Positions 27,000 to 37,715 of a stretch of DNA of 64,000 nt are shown one piece after another. Source of the stretch: Candidatus Eiseniibacteriota bacterium (GTDB lineage: Bacteria; Eisenbacteria; RBG-16-71-46); contig JANLWX010000019.1 of assembly GCA_031364845.1 (NCBI GenBank), positions 3,508 through 67,507 on the forward strand, in the 5' to 3' direction. The notes under the pieces are model-generated. The model had not been told where the DNA came from and did no database searches. It saw nothing but the letters and a program-made list of their open reading frames with translations. A program made the position numbers and the translations under genes. The first letter of the stretch is position 1, and each line of letters starts with the position of its first letter.

Positions 27000-29032
27000 A
27001 CTCCGAACGCTTCAGCCACCCATTCCAGGCCGAGTTCGCTCGGCGGTCCCATGTATCCGAGCAGCGCACTCGCCGCGACCACCGCGGGGCTCGCGAGATA
27101 ACCCTCGCCGCCCACGCCCATGCGGTTCGTCCAGTTGCGATTGAAGCTCGTGATCGCACGCTGGCCGGCGGTCAGCGCATCCGGGCCCTGACCGAAACAC
27201 GGGCCGCACCACGACTCGCGGATCAGCCCGCCTACGCTGCGGAAGACGCTCGCGATCGATTCGCCGTCGAGTCGCGGATCCGGCGTTTCGATCTGGCGCT
27301 TCACGCCGCCCGAACCCGGAAAGATGATGAACGGACGCGCGGCCTTCGTGATCCCGCGCGCGCGCGCCGCGTGCAGCACAAGTGCCGCGCTCAGGAGATC
27401 GTCGTAACCACCGTTGGTGCACGATCCGATCATCGCCTTGTCGAACGTGAGACGTTCGCGCGCGACTTCATCGGCGCCGAACGCATTGCCGGGGCTGAAG
27501 GGCTTGGCGATCATCGGCGCGACTTCGGCCAGCTCGAAGGTCTCGTCGATCTCGTAGTGCGCATCGGCGCCGGGCGCGATCCGCGGATACGGAAGCGCGG
27601 TCATGCCCTTGGCGCGGAACCACGCTTCGGTGATCTCGTCGGCGGCGAAGATCCCGTTCATCGCCTCGGCCTCGGCCATCATGTTGCACATCGTGTTGCG
27701 GAACGAGATCGGAAGCTGCTTCGCGGCGTCGACGAATTCCACCGACATGCCCTGCGATTGTTTCGCACCCCAGCGGCGCAGCAGCGCGAGCACGATGTCC
27801 TTCCCCGTCACCCACGGCTGCAATTCGCCACGGAAGATCACGCGTCGCTGCTTGGGTACGGTGAAGTAGATGTAGCCGGTCGACCACCCGAATCCGAGCG
27901 TGGTGGATCCGACGCCGATGCCGACCGCGCCGTAGGCGCCGTACGCGCGCGAATGCGAGTCGGCGCCGGGGATGAACTGTCCCGGCATCACGAGTCCCTG
28001 CTCGGGAAAATAGAAGTGAAAGATGCCGTCGCCCGGCGTCGCGTAGTACGGGCGCTGAATGTCGTGGAGTTCTGCGAACGCGCGACCGATCGAAGTCTGC
28101 TTGTCGTCGGCGTCGACGCCGGTGAACACGAAATGATCGTTCGCGATTGCGAGCTGGCGCGGAAGGATCGCGGCACCGCCGGTGATCTGATTGAACGTGT
28201 GGATCGAGAACGGCGCGGTGCCGTCCGAAGCGGGCAGCAGGTCGGCGTAGACGCGCACCGTGGCGCCGGGTTCGATCCGCGCCTGCTTGTCGACGCGATG
28301 CGCCCACAGGATCTGCTCCGTGGTCGTCAGCTTGCGCGCGGTCGCGGCATCCGGCCACACGATCTCGGGAACGCGGGCGACCGACTCGCGGAACTCGCGG
28401 CGTCCGATCGCGAAGATGCCGCCGCTCTGGCGGATCTCGTCCTCCTTGGGCGTCAGCGGAATCGGCGTGTAGGTGCGCTGCCGCGTTTCGTTCGTGAGCG
28501 TGCGCGATGCCGGATCGAACGCGAAGCGATCCCCTTCCTGGGCGTCCGCAACCGCCTCGGGACTCTGCACGACATGCAGCCCGAGATTGAACGCGTTGCG
28601 CCGGAAGATGTCGCCCATGTTGTTTCCGGCGACGACCACCATCTCGAGCCCCGCTTCGTCGCCGACGCCTTTGAGTCCGGCCGGCGTCATCTCGCGCGAG
28701 CTGCCGATCGCGAACCGGTCGCCCGCGATCACGAACGTCTCGCCACGGTGCACACGCGCGCGGAAGTCGGGCATCAGGTAGCGGAATGAACCGGCCTTCC
28801 AGCGCACATCGAGCGTTTCGAGACTTTCGGAAACGCAGTCGGCGGCAGGCGTGATCTGATCGGTGTCGATCGCGTCCAGCTTCTTCCCGGGCACCTTCGG
28901 ATCCCAGAAGATCAGCGCCGATCCGCGAATGACCCGCGCTTCAGCGGCGCCGGAAGTGTCGGCCGCGCGCGGGCCGGGCAGAGTTTCGAGGGTCACGCCG
29001 GGCTTGAGGCGCGCAGGTTTGAGCGTATGCAT
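26996..29032 (-). CDS. Aconitase-family dehydratase, fused small (LeuD-like) + large (LeuC-like) subunits
   Basis: N-terminal swivel domain (IDTDQITP, GSSRE); then GIFH, GADSHS, IGSCTNG and WCGPC (three Fe-S Cys), NRNWTNRMG, LASPAVVAASA. Confidence 0.88.
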   Translation of the reverse strand: MHTLKPARLKPGVTLETLPGPRAADTSGAAEARVIRGSALIFWDPKVPGKKLDAIDTDQITPAADCVSESLETLDVRWKAGSFRYLMPDFRARVHRGETFVIAGDRFAIGSSREMTPAGLKGVGDEAGLEMVVVAGNNMGDIFRRNAFNLGLHVVQSPEAVADAQEGDRFAFDPASRTLTNETRQRTYTPIPLTPKEDEIRQSGGIFAIGRREFRESVARVPEIVWPDAATARKLTTTEQILWAHRVDKQARIEPGATVRVYADLLPASDGTAPFSIHTFNQITGGAAILPRQLAIANDHFVFTGVDADDKQTSIGRAFAELHDIQRPYYATPGDGIFHFYFPEQGLVMPGQFIPGADSHSRAYGAYGAVGIGVGSTTLGFGWSTGYIYFTVPKQRRVIFRGELQPWVTGKDIVLALLRRWGAKQSQGMSVEFVDAAKQLPISFRNTMCNMMAEAEAMNGIFAADEITEAWFRAKGMTALPYPRIAPGADAHYEIDETFELAEVAPMIAKPFSPGNAFGADEVARERLTFDKAMIGSCTNGGYDDLLSAALVLHAARARGITKAARPFIIFPGSGGVKRQIETPDPRLDGESIASVFRSVGGLIRESWCGPCFGQGPDALTAGQRAITSFNRNWTNRMGVGGEGYLASPAVVAASALLGYMGPPSELGLEWVAEAFGV

Positions 29033-29104
29033 GGGGGCTCCTCGCAGGTGGAGTTCGCCCTGATGCTACTGCCCCCGCATCAGACGTCGCAACTTCCCGG
29101 CGGC

Positions 29105-29602
29105 CTAGTATTCGCGGGTGGAGATCGCCTTAGGTGACGCCGCGTGCACGCGTGTTTCTCGAATGCAGGCCTTGTTCACGATCGCCACACCGAGCCGTGT
29201 GCGCAGCGGGAAGAAATCGTCCGGACAGTTGAGGAAGTCGGAGGCGCGATTCATGCCCTCGGGAAGTTCCATCTGGATCATGCCGTCGATCGCGCGTCCG
29301 TCGTTGAACGTGACCTCGACCGATTCCTCGCGGCTCACGACATAGCTGCGCGGGCACACGAGATCCGCTTCCACGTCGGCAGCGGCCAGCACCCACTCGA
29401 TGTTGAGGCGCGTGATGAGCAATACCGTGTGGGGCAGTTCGAACGGGATCACGCGCTGGGGTGAGTTGAGCAGTTCGAGAATCGTCTCCGTCCCCTGTCG
29501 CGTGCGCGAATGGGGGCTGAGCGCGACCCGCCCGTCGAGCGGATCCTGTCCGGGAAGGCATATCCGGACGGATGCCCGGTATTTGGCGACGTATTCCGGC
29601 AT
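29105..29602 (-). CDS. Hypothetical protein with two tandem small beta domains (DUF6812-like)
   Basis: Internal repeat: LDG...ILELLNSPQRVIPF...LITRLNIEWV versus IDG...ASDFLNCPDDFFPL...IVNKACIRET. Divergent from pilT. Confidence 0.65.
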   Translation of the reverse strand: MPEYVAKYRASVRICLPGQDPLDGRVALSPHSRTRQGTETILELLNSPQRVIPFELPHTVLLITRLNIEWVLAAADVEADLVCPRSYVVSREESVEVTFNDGRAIDGMIQMELPEGMNRASDFLNCPDDFFPLRTRLGVAIVNKACIRETRVHAASPKAISTREY

Positions 29603-29870
29603 CGATGCTCCTCGAGAAGGCTACCGGTGTTATCGGACGCCGGGCGCGTCCGGTTGAGCGGGAACACGTGCCGGCAACGGCCGCTCAACGGCGCACAACC
29701 TGCGTTACCTCAATGCCCGCGGCCCGGCGGCCCACGCTGCCGAGACCCTTGATTGTCCGGCCCCCGCGGCCGATAACATTCATGATCTCCCACGCCTTCC
29801 TCCGGAGCGGCCCCGGAGTCCTCACCTGCTGCGGCCGCAACGTCTTGTTCGTTCCCGGAGAACCCCGCAC

Positions 29871-30956
<1,086 letters not shown>

Positions 30957-30957
30957 G

Positions 30958-32301
30958 ATGGTGAGGGATCCCGGGTCGCTCGCCGGCGAACTCGGACTCA
31001 TCAGCCTGTTCGACATCGGGCAGCTGTTGCTGCTGAACCGCGCGACCGGCGTGATGACCGTGACCTCCGAAGGACGCCGTGGCTCGCTGTGGTTTCGCGA
31101 CGGCCAGCTCGTGAACGCCATCGACGAGAAGCAGCACGACGGCGAGGACGCCGCGTTCGCGGTGTTCGCGTGGCGGCGCGGGCGCTTCGACTTTCACGGC
31201 GGCCCGCTGCCGGGTGCCGCGACCATCGAAGGCGGCACCGAAGCAATCATGCTCGAAGCGGCGCGCCGCATCGACGAAGCCGGCCCCGAAGCTGGCGAAG
31301 GCGGCGTCGGAAGCGAAACCGCGAAGCTCGTCGAGCACCAGAGCAAGTTCGATCTGCTGCGCGAGGAATTCACACGCGTCACGCGCGATGCGTCGTCGGA
31401 AGCGCGCGGAGCTCCGGCCAGCGAAGAGGCGTGGCTCGACGCGCTCGTTTTGCCCGGCGATCGGTTGCTGGTGCGAGAGGGAGCACCGGCGCGCATCTGC
31501 TCGGGAAACGCGTGGCGACCGATCGGACCGGAGATCCCAGTCGAAGAGACGACCTATCGCGCGTTCAAGGCGCGCATGCACGCCGCGACCACGTTGCGCG
31601 TTGCCGGTGCACCGATGCCGCTTCCGGGCGTGAACGCGCCTGCGACCGCGGCCGTGAACGCCGCGCGCGTTCGGCATCGCGGACGCACGCTGCTGCTCGA
31701 GATCGTGGCGGGCGAGACCGAGTGCCTGTGGCTCGCCATCGCCGCGCCACCGAACCCGGCGCAGGTGCGCGGTCCGTTCGAGCTGATCGATGCCGTGTGC
31801 TCGGCACCGGGCCTGCTGCTCGCCGCCGCACCCGACTCCGCCGCGGCGCACACCCTGCTCTCGTCGCTCGTCGCGCGACTGAGTGACACGCGCGGGATCA
31901 CGACGCTGATCGTGACCGACGATCCGTCACTCGCGCCGAATGAATCGGCGGGCGTCGTGATCACGTCTTCGTTCGCAACGCTGGATGCTGCCGTGGGCAC
32001 GACGCGCCCCCATGCCCTCGCCATCGATGCGCGCGGCGCGTTCGACGGCCGGTTGCTCGCCGCGTGCGCATCGGTGCCGATCGTGCTCTGCGCCGTGGTC
32101 GCCGCCGACGCCGAAAGTGTGATCGCCCGCTGGCTGCTGCGCTTTCCAGCATCCGAAACCGCACGCGCCCGCGTGCTGGTCGCCTCGATGCCGGTGGCGA
32201 TCGTGCTCGCGGATGCCACTGCCCACGCCGAGGGAACCACGACGTTCACCGTGCAGCGCGTGACGCGTACCGGCCGTCCGGCGGATCAGCCGGTTTCCTA
32301 G
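30958..32301 (+). CDS. DUF4388 domain fused to a degenerate PilT-like (pseudo-ATPase) domain
   Basis: N-terminal [15 protein letters not shown]...[13 protein letters not shown]...WRRGRFDF (DUF4388). The C-terminal part is collinear with PilT but lacks the Walker motifs. Starts 1 nt after the pilT stop. Confidence 0.7.
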   Translation: MVRDPGSLAGELGLISLFDIGQLLLLNRATGVMTVTSEGRRGSLWFRDGQLVNAIDEKQHDGEDAAFAVFAWRRGRFDFHGGPLPGAATIEGGTEAIMLEAARRIDEAGPEAGEGGVGSETAKLVEHQSKFDLLREEFTRVTRDASSEARGAPASEEAWLDALVLPGDRLLVREGAPARICSGNAWRPIGPEIPVEETTYRAFKARMHAATTLRVAGAPMPLPGVNAPATAAVNAARVRHRGRTLLLEIVAGETECLWLAIAAPPNPAQVRGPFELIDAVCSAPGLLLAAAPDSAAAHTLLSSLVARLSDTRGITTLIVTDDPSLAPNESAGVVITSSFATLDAAVGTTRPHALAIDARGAFDGRLLAACASVPIVLCAVVAADAESVIARWLLRFPASETARARVLVASMPVAIVLADATAHAEGTTTFTVQRVTRTGRPADQPVS

Positions 32302-32444
32302 CAGCGCACGGAGGGCAAGCCTGCCCCCGGCAATCGGGCCTCGAAATCCCGTCCGAGTCGATTCGGCGCCTTCGCGCATCCAAGGGTCCTCGCGGTGTTT
32401 CCCACCTGTGCCCGGCCCAACCGGGACCCTCCCTAGGACTTCGA

Positions 32445-33479
32445 ATGCGACCTCAGTTGCGCCTCATCTCTTCCGGCGACTTCGCCTCGCTTCCCGAACC
32501 CGAACCGATCGCCCCGGCTCCCGCCGACGATGAATTGCTCGACGCCTACTCCAGTGCGGTCACGCGCGTGGTGGAGCAAGTCGGTCCCTCGGTGCTCAAG
32601 ATCGAAGTCCGGCACTCGGCACAGCCGGGCGCGCGCGGGCCGCGCGGCGGCGGAAGCGGATCGGGATTCCTCTTCACGCACGACGGACTGATCCTCACCA
32701 ACAGCCACGTCATCCACAAGGCGCACCGGATCGATGCGATCACGCAGGACGGCCGCACGCTGCCCGCCGATCTGGTGGGCGACGATCCCGACACCGATCT
32801 CGCGGTGTTGCGCGTGACGTCGCCGGACCTGCCCGCGGCCGAGCTCGGCAACTCCGAAGCGCTCAAACCCGGCCAGCTCGTGGTCGCGATCGGCAATCCG
32901 TTCGGCTTCCAGACCACGGTCACGGCCGGCGTCGTGAGCGCGCTCGGACGCACTCTGCGGTCCAGCTCCGGACGCCTGATGGACAACATCATCCAGACCG
33001 ACGCGGCACTCAATCCCGGCAACTCCGGCGGCCCGCTCGTCGATTCGCGCGGCCGCGTGATCGGCGTGAACACCGCGGTGATCCTCCCGGCGCAGGGACT
33101 GTGTTTCGCGATTCCCTCGAACACCGCGCGCTGGGTCGCGAGCATGCTGATCCGCGACGGCCGCATCCGCCGCGCGCACCTCGGCATCGGCGGCCAGCAC
33201 GTGCGCCTGCAGCGCCGCACGTTGCGCGCGCATGGCATCGATTCGGAGCACGCGCTGATGGTGGTGCACGTCGAGTCCGGCAGCCCCGCGCACACGGCGG
33301 GGCTCATGGACGGAGACATCGTCGTGGCATTCGACGGCCGTCCGATTCACGGAGTCGACGACCTGCATCGCGTGCTGACCGACGCGCGCATCGGAGTCGG
33401 AACCGTGCTCACGATCCTGAGACGCGGCGTGAAGCGCGACCTCGAGGTCACGCCGGTCGAGAGTCGGCAACGCTCGTAA
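32445..33479 (+). CDS. S1C (HtrA/DegP-like) serine protease with one PDZ domain
   Basis: [36 protein letters not shown]; no signal peptide. Confidence 0.93.
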   Translation: MRPQLRLISSGDFASLPEPEPIAPAPADDELLDAYSSAVTRVVEQVGPSVLKIEVRHSAQPGARGPRGGGSGSGFLFTHDGLILTNSHVIHKAHRIDAITQDGRTLPADLVGDDPDTDLAVLRVTSPDLPAAELGNSEALKPGQLVVAIGNPFGFQTTVTAGVVSALGRTLRSSSGRLMDNIIQTDAALNPGNSGGPLVDSRGRVIGVNTAVILPAQGLCFAIPSNTARWVASMLIRDGRIRRAHLGIGGQHVRLQRRTLRAHGIDSEHALMVVHVESGSPAHTAGLMDGDIVVAFDGRPIHGVDDLHRVLTDARIGVGTVLTILRRGVKRDLEVTPVESRQRS

Positions 33480-33526
33480 GATGCGCGAATGCGGGCCGCG
33501 CGGAGTTGCGCGCGGCTCGCGCATCG

Positions 33527-34636
33527 TCACGGTTTCGAGTCCTTGCGCTTGAGCGCTGCGATCATCTGCTGCCAGGCTTCCGGCGTGATGACCTCGCGCG
33601 CAGCAATGGGCGGATCGGAAGCGATGCGTGCGCGGAGCTTCTTCGCGCGCGCTTCCGTCGCCGGGTGCGTGGAGAGGAACTCGAGACCGGCAGAGCCGCT
33701 CCGCTTCTTCCCGAGGCGCTCGAAGAACTCGGGCATCGCGGCCGGATCGATCGCCGCCGCGCGCATCAATGCATAGCCCGTGGCGTCGGCTTCCTCTTCG
33801 ATGCCGCGGCTGTAGGACAGATCGCCGAGACCCTGAGCAAGTTGCGTCGCCAGCGTTCCGCCCGCATCGCCGGCGAGCACCGCCAGCACCACCGCGAGTG
33901 ATGCCCGCTGCAGCAGACCGCGCAGCACGTGGCGTTTCAGCACGTGCTGGATCTCGTGCGCAAGCACGCCCGCGACTTCGTCCGGACCGCCGCTGAACTC
34001 GAGCAGGCCGCGAAACACGACGATCACCCCGCCGGGCGCGGCGAGCGCGTTCACCTCGGGACGATCGACGACCACGACTCGAAACGGATCGGAGGCGCCG
34101 GAAGCCGCGTGCAGCCGATCGACGATCGCGTTCACGGGCGCGGTGATGATCGGATCGTCGATCCGCGCGCCGGGCGGCGCCAGCGATGCGAGCGCGGCAT
34201 CGCCCAGCTCGCGCTCCCAGGCGACCGGCACCTGTCGCGCGGCCAGGGAGGCAAGTGCGGGGATGCCCCACACGTAGGCCGCGACCGCGGCCGCGATCAC
34301 CACAGCCAGCGCCGAGAGCGCGAAGCCTGCCGTGAAGCCGGCCCGCGGCGCGGGCGCATGCGCGGCGAACGACGGCGACGCACGGCGCAGCTCCGAGAGC
34401 AGCGCGGGATCCGGCGCCACGATCACTTCGGAGGCGCCAGGTCCGCGCTCGAGACGCACGGGTTCGCCGCGAACGGCGCGCCCCGCAGGACGGAGAACAT
34501 CGAACGACCAGGTCGCGTGCTCGGCTCCGTCGCGCGTTTCCACGTGCAGGCCACCCGAGGTCACCCACACCGTGGCCGGCGTTCCCATCGGATGGGCGGA
34601 ATCGAAGAGCTGCGCAGCGTAGCGCTGTGCGTTCAT
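33527..34636 (-). CDS. M48-family metallopeptidase
   Basis: VNALAAPGG, VLAHEIQHV, YSRGIEEEAD, FLSTHP; one TM segment after an N-terminal domain. Confidence 0.9.
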   Translation of the reverse strand: MNAQRYAAQLFDSAHPMGTPATVWVTSGGLHVETRDGAEHATWSFDVLRPAGRAVRGEPVRLERGPGASEVIVAPDPALLSELRRASPSFAAHAPAPRAGFTAGFALSALAVVIAAAVAAYVWGIPALASLAARQVPVAWERELGDAALASLAPPGARIDDPIITAPVNAIVDRLHAASGASDPFRVVVVDRPEVNALAAPGGVIVVFRGLLEFSGGPDEVAGVLAHEIQHVLKRHVLRGLLQRASLAVVLAVLAGDAGGTLATQLAQGLGDLSYSRGIEEEADATGYALMRAAAIDPAAMPEFFERLGKKRSGSAGLEFLSTHPATEARAKKLRARIASDPPIAAREVITPEAWQQMIAALKRKDSKP

Positions 34637-34792
34637 GTTGCGTGGCCCGCAGCCCCAAGTTGATGCGTTTCGCGAACGGCCGCCGGCCAAAACGTGCGGA
34701 GTGCATGAAAACAGACCCCGGCAATGCCGCCGGCTTGAGCCTTCGCCAGCCCATGCCGATATCCCCAGCAGACCTCTGAAGGAGGAACGCGT

Positions 34793-35173
34793 ATGTCGAG
34801 CTTGTTCTGGGCTGGCACCTTGATCATGCTGGGGACGAACATTTTCGTGCTCACGTGGATCTTCCGGCGAAAGCTGATGGCGTCGGGCATCGATCTCGGG
34901 CGGCTGAAGGAAGTCTCGATGCTCGTGAGCGAGCGCGCGGGCGAATATCTGCGCGCGAACTGGAGCGGCAATACCGATGAACTCCCGAACGCCCTGCGCG
35001 GACTGATGCCGATCGTCGCCGGCATCGTGAGTGCGAGCGGGCACACGCTCGACGATCGCACGCTCGAGCAATTGCTGAAGATTTCGATCGCCGGCCAGCG
35101 CCTTGCGACTCGAGCCGAGCTGGACCGCGCGTTCGATCGCATGCGCGCCGACGCGAAAGCCGCGGCCGCCTGA
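34793..35173 (+). CDS. Hypothetical membrane-anchored protein
   Basis: AGGAGG RBS; N-terminal TM helix followed by a helical soluble domain. Confidence 0.7.
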   Translation: MSSLFWAGTLIMLGTNIFVLTWIFRRKLMASGIDLGRLKEVSMLVSERAGEYLRANWSGNTDELPNALRGLMPIVAGIVSASGHTLDDRTLEQLLKISIAGQRLATRAELDRAFDRMRADAKAAAA

Positions 35174-35183
35174 CGCCGCGGCG

Positions 35184-35546
35184 TCACTGCATCATCTTCA
35201 TCCCCTGCAGCACGCCCATCAGGTGGCTCTTCATCACCGTGTCCTGAGCCGCGAGATTGAGCACTCCGTCGATCATGGTCTGATCGCGAGCGACCCGGCC
35301 CATCACGTCCTGAGATGCCGCACCGTCCGACAGCACCTTGTCGAGCACCACCGCGCGCGTCGAGTCGCCCGACAACAGGTGATCCATCATCTGGCCCGCC
35401 ATCGACGCATCGCCGGTGATCACATCCATCACCGTCGCCTGCATGGCGGGGTTGCTCCTGAGCTGCTTCGCCATGTCGCCACTGCATCCGGTGAGCAGCG
35501 CAACCACACCGGCGACGACGACAACCTGCGTGATCGAGAACTTCAT
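35184..35546 (-). CDS. Met-rich helical-repeat lipoprotein
   Basis: GGAGG RBS; lipobox LTGC; repeated MD/LD-x-LL-xD pattern. Confidence 0.75.
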   Translation of the reverse strand: MKFSITQVVVVAGVVALLTGCSGDMAKQLRSNPAMQATVMDVITGDASMAGQMMDHLLSGDSTRAVVLDKVLSDGAASQDVMGRVARDQTMIDGVLNLAAQDTVMKSHLMGVLQGMKMMQ

Positions 35547-35634
35547 GAGACCTCCTGGTGGGGGAATGGGTCGGATCGCTTCGTCGATGCCAACGACACG
35601 ATCATGAGCGATGGAAAGCACACCGGCATTCGAA

Positions 35635-37074
35635 TCACGTCCCGGGCGGTGTCTTCGTGTGCCAGTCGGTGCGCGATTGATACAGGCGTCCGAGATCGAT
35701 CAACTCGCGCTCGGAGAATGCCGGTCCCATGAACGCGATCGAAGTCGGCAGGCCGTTCTCGCCGAATCCGCTCGGCACGCACAGCGCGGGCAGGCCACAC
35801 AGGTTTCCGGCCGGGATCAGCGGCGGTCCGCCGCTCACGCCGGGATAGGCATCTTCGAAATTGCGATCGGTGGGATACGCCACGGTCGCGCGGCCCGGCG
35901 AAACGATCGCATCGAAGCGTTCGAACAGGGTCGCGACCGCGCGCTTCATCGGCGCGCGCAGACGCATCGCCTGCAGATAGTCGACGGCCGGGATCATCGT
36001 CGCAGCATAGCCACCATGACGGTCTTTGGGGCAGCGCAGCTCCTTCACGCGGCCGGACTCGATCAGATCGATGAACGCGGTCGCTCCCTCGGCGCCCACG
36101 ATCGCCGACACCGACGGTCCCCACGGGAAGTCCGGCCACTCGACGTCGCGCGTGACGTCGGCAACATCCGCCATTGCCGTGAGCGCGCGCTCGAAGTTGT
36201 CGCGCACCGCCGGCTGCACTTTTTCAACGACGCCCTTCGGCACCGCGAGGCGAAAGCGCTTGTCGCGGGACGCGTCGTCGGCGTGCTGATAGCCTCCGTC
36301 GACCGAAGTCGGATCCAACGCATCGCGCCCGGCGATTGCGGCCAGCACGAAACCGCAATCGTCCGCGCTGCGGCACATGGGTCCGAGCTTGTCGAGAGTC
36401 CAGCACAGCGCCATCGCACCGTGCCGGCTCACGAGTCCGTAGGTCGGACGCAGGCCACTCACGCCGCAATAGGACGCGGGCGTGATGATCGAGCCCGAGG
36501 TTTCGGAACCGATCGCGAACGGAACCAGTCCCGCCGCAACGGCCGAGCCCGGACCGCTCGAGCTGCCGCCGCTCCAGAACTTCGTGTTCCACGGTGTGAG
36601 GCCGGGGCCAGTGAACGACGCATCCGCGTGGTTGTAGCCCATGCCACCGGCGAGCTCGACCATCGCGAGCTTCGCCACCAGGATCGCGCCCGCATCGCGC
36701 AAGCGTTCGACCACCGTCGCGTCGTGGTCGAACACCTGCGATCGATAGGGCGCCGCACCCCACGTGGTCGGCACCCCGCGGGTGGCGAGCAGATCCTTCA
36801 CTCCGAATGGAATCCCGTGCAGCGGACCGCGCGACTTGCCGGCCTTGAGCTCGCGATCGGCCGCGCGCGCGGCGCGCAGCGCGGAGTCGCGCATCAACGT
36901 GACGACCGCGTGATAGCGCGGACCCAGAGTCTGGAGGCGCGAGAGGCTGAGCTCCGTGAGCTGCAGCGATGTCACGCGGCCCGAGCGCAACCGCGCTCCG
37001 AGTTCGCGCAGCGGCAGGAAGGTGAGCGCACTTGCGCCGCGTCGCGGCGTCGAAGCAGTCGCGCGCTCAGGCAT
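35635..37074 (-). CDS. Amidase-signature family enzyme
   Basis: HGIPFGVKDL, GGSSSGPG, IGSETSGSI, GVSGLRPTYG; no signal peptide. Confidence 0.92.
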   Translation of the reverse strand: MPERATASTPRRGASALTFLPLRELGARLRSGRVTSLQLTELSLSRLQTLGPRYHAVVTLMRDSALRAARAADRELKAGKSRGPLHGIPFGVKDLLATRGVPTTWGAAPYRSQVFDHDATVVERLRDAGAILVAKLAMVELAGGMGYNHADASFTGPGLTPWNTKFWSGGSSSGPGSAVAAGLVPFAIGSETSGSIITPASYCGVSGLRPTYGLVSRHGAMALCWTLDKLGPMCRSADDCGFVLAAIAGRDALDPTSVDGGYQHADDASRDKRFRLAVPKGVVEKVQPAVRDNFERALTAMADVADVTRDVEWPDFPWGPSVSAIVGAEGATAFIDLIESGRVKELRCPKDRHGGYAATMIPAVDYLQAMRLRAPMKRAVATLFERFDAIVSPGRATVAYPTDRNFEDAYPGVSGGPPLIPAGNLCGLPALCVPSGFGENGLPTSIAFMGPAFSERELIDLGRLYQSRTDWHTKTPPGT

Positions 37075-37441
37075 GGAACGCGAAGTCCGGTTCGTCGTGA
37101 TTGCCGAGCTTCACCGCCCGCAGCAGTTTGCCGGCCTGCATGCGGCCGTCGAGTTCCTTCGTGATCTGCTCGAGCTGATTCGCGTCGAGATGCTTGCCGT
37201 AGCGTCGCTCGATGATGAGTGCGACCGCGCGAGCGTCCTCGGCGAACTCCGAAGGCGGAGCCGGCGGCGTGGCACCGTCGGTCTTTGCGGGTGCGGCCGG
37301 CTCCGGCTTGAGCGGAGGTTTCTCGACCTTGCGGGCCCGGCCCTGGGCGAGAACGGCCGGAGCGATGAGCGACGTGGACAACCCTGCGGCGCCGACCAGC
37401 ATGAGAAACCGGCGCCGGCTGGTTCGTGACGATCGGGACAT
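37067..37441 (-). CDS. Small Tat-signal protein with GatC/AtzG-like C-terminus (amidase partner)
   Basis: SRRRFL twin-Arg signal; Pro/Ala linker; C-terminus LRAVKLGNHDEPDFAFHA; stop overlaps the amidase start. Confidence 0.7.
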   Translation of the reverse strand: MSRSSRTSRRRFLMLVGAAGLSTSLIAPAVLAQGRARKVEKPPLKPEPAAPAKTDGATPPAPPSEFAEDARAVALIIERRYGKHLDANQLEQITKELDGRMQAGKLLRAVKLGNHDEPDFAFHA

Positions 37442-37715
37442 GCATGACCTCGGCCGGCGGCCTGCGGTTCGAACCCGGAATGGGGCGTCCCGGTCGCCGA
37501 TGGAACGGTAATGTGGCCGATACGCGCGGCGGGATCAATCCGAAAGCCGCGGATCCCGGTGGAGCTGAGCTCGCGGACCTCAGAGGAGCCCGACCGCATT
37601 GCGGGCGCTTCCTCGCAACCTCTCCATAGTTTCGGGTTCCTCACCGGTCGCCCCGTCAGGTACCATTGATGCGGCCTGCGCATCCCTCGAACGACACCCA
37701 TGCAATGGAGTCCCC

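Noticed and set aside
37463-37479. tRNA T-loop-like GGTTCGAACCC
   Set aside because: The T-stem does not pair fully and no acceptor, D or anticodon arms are present.
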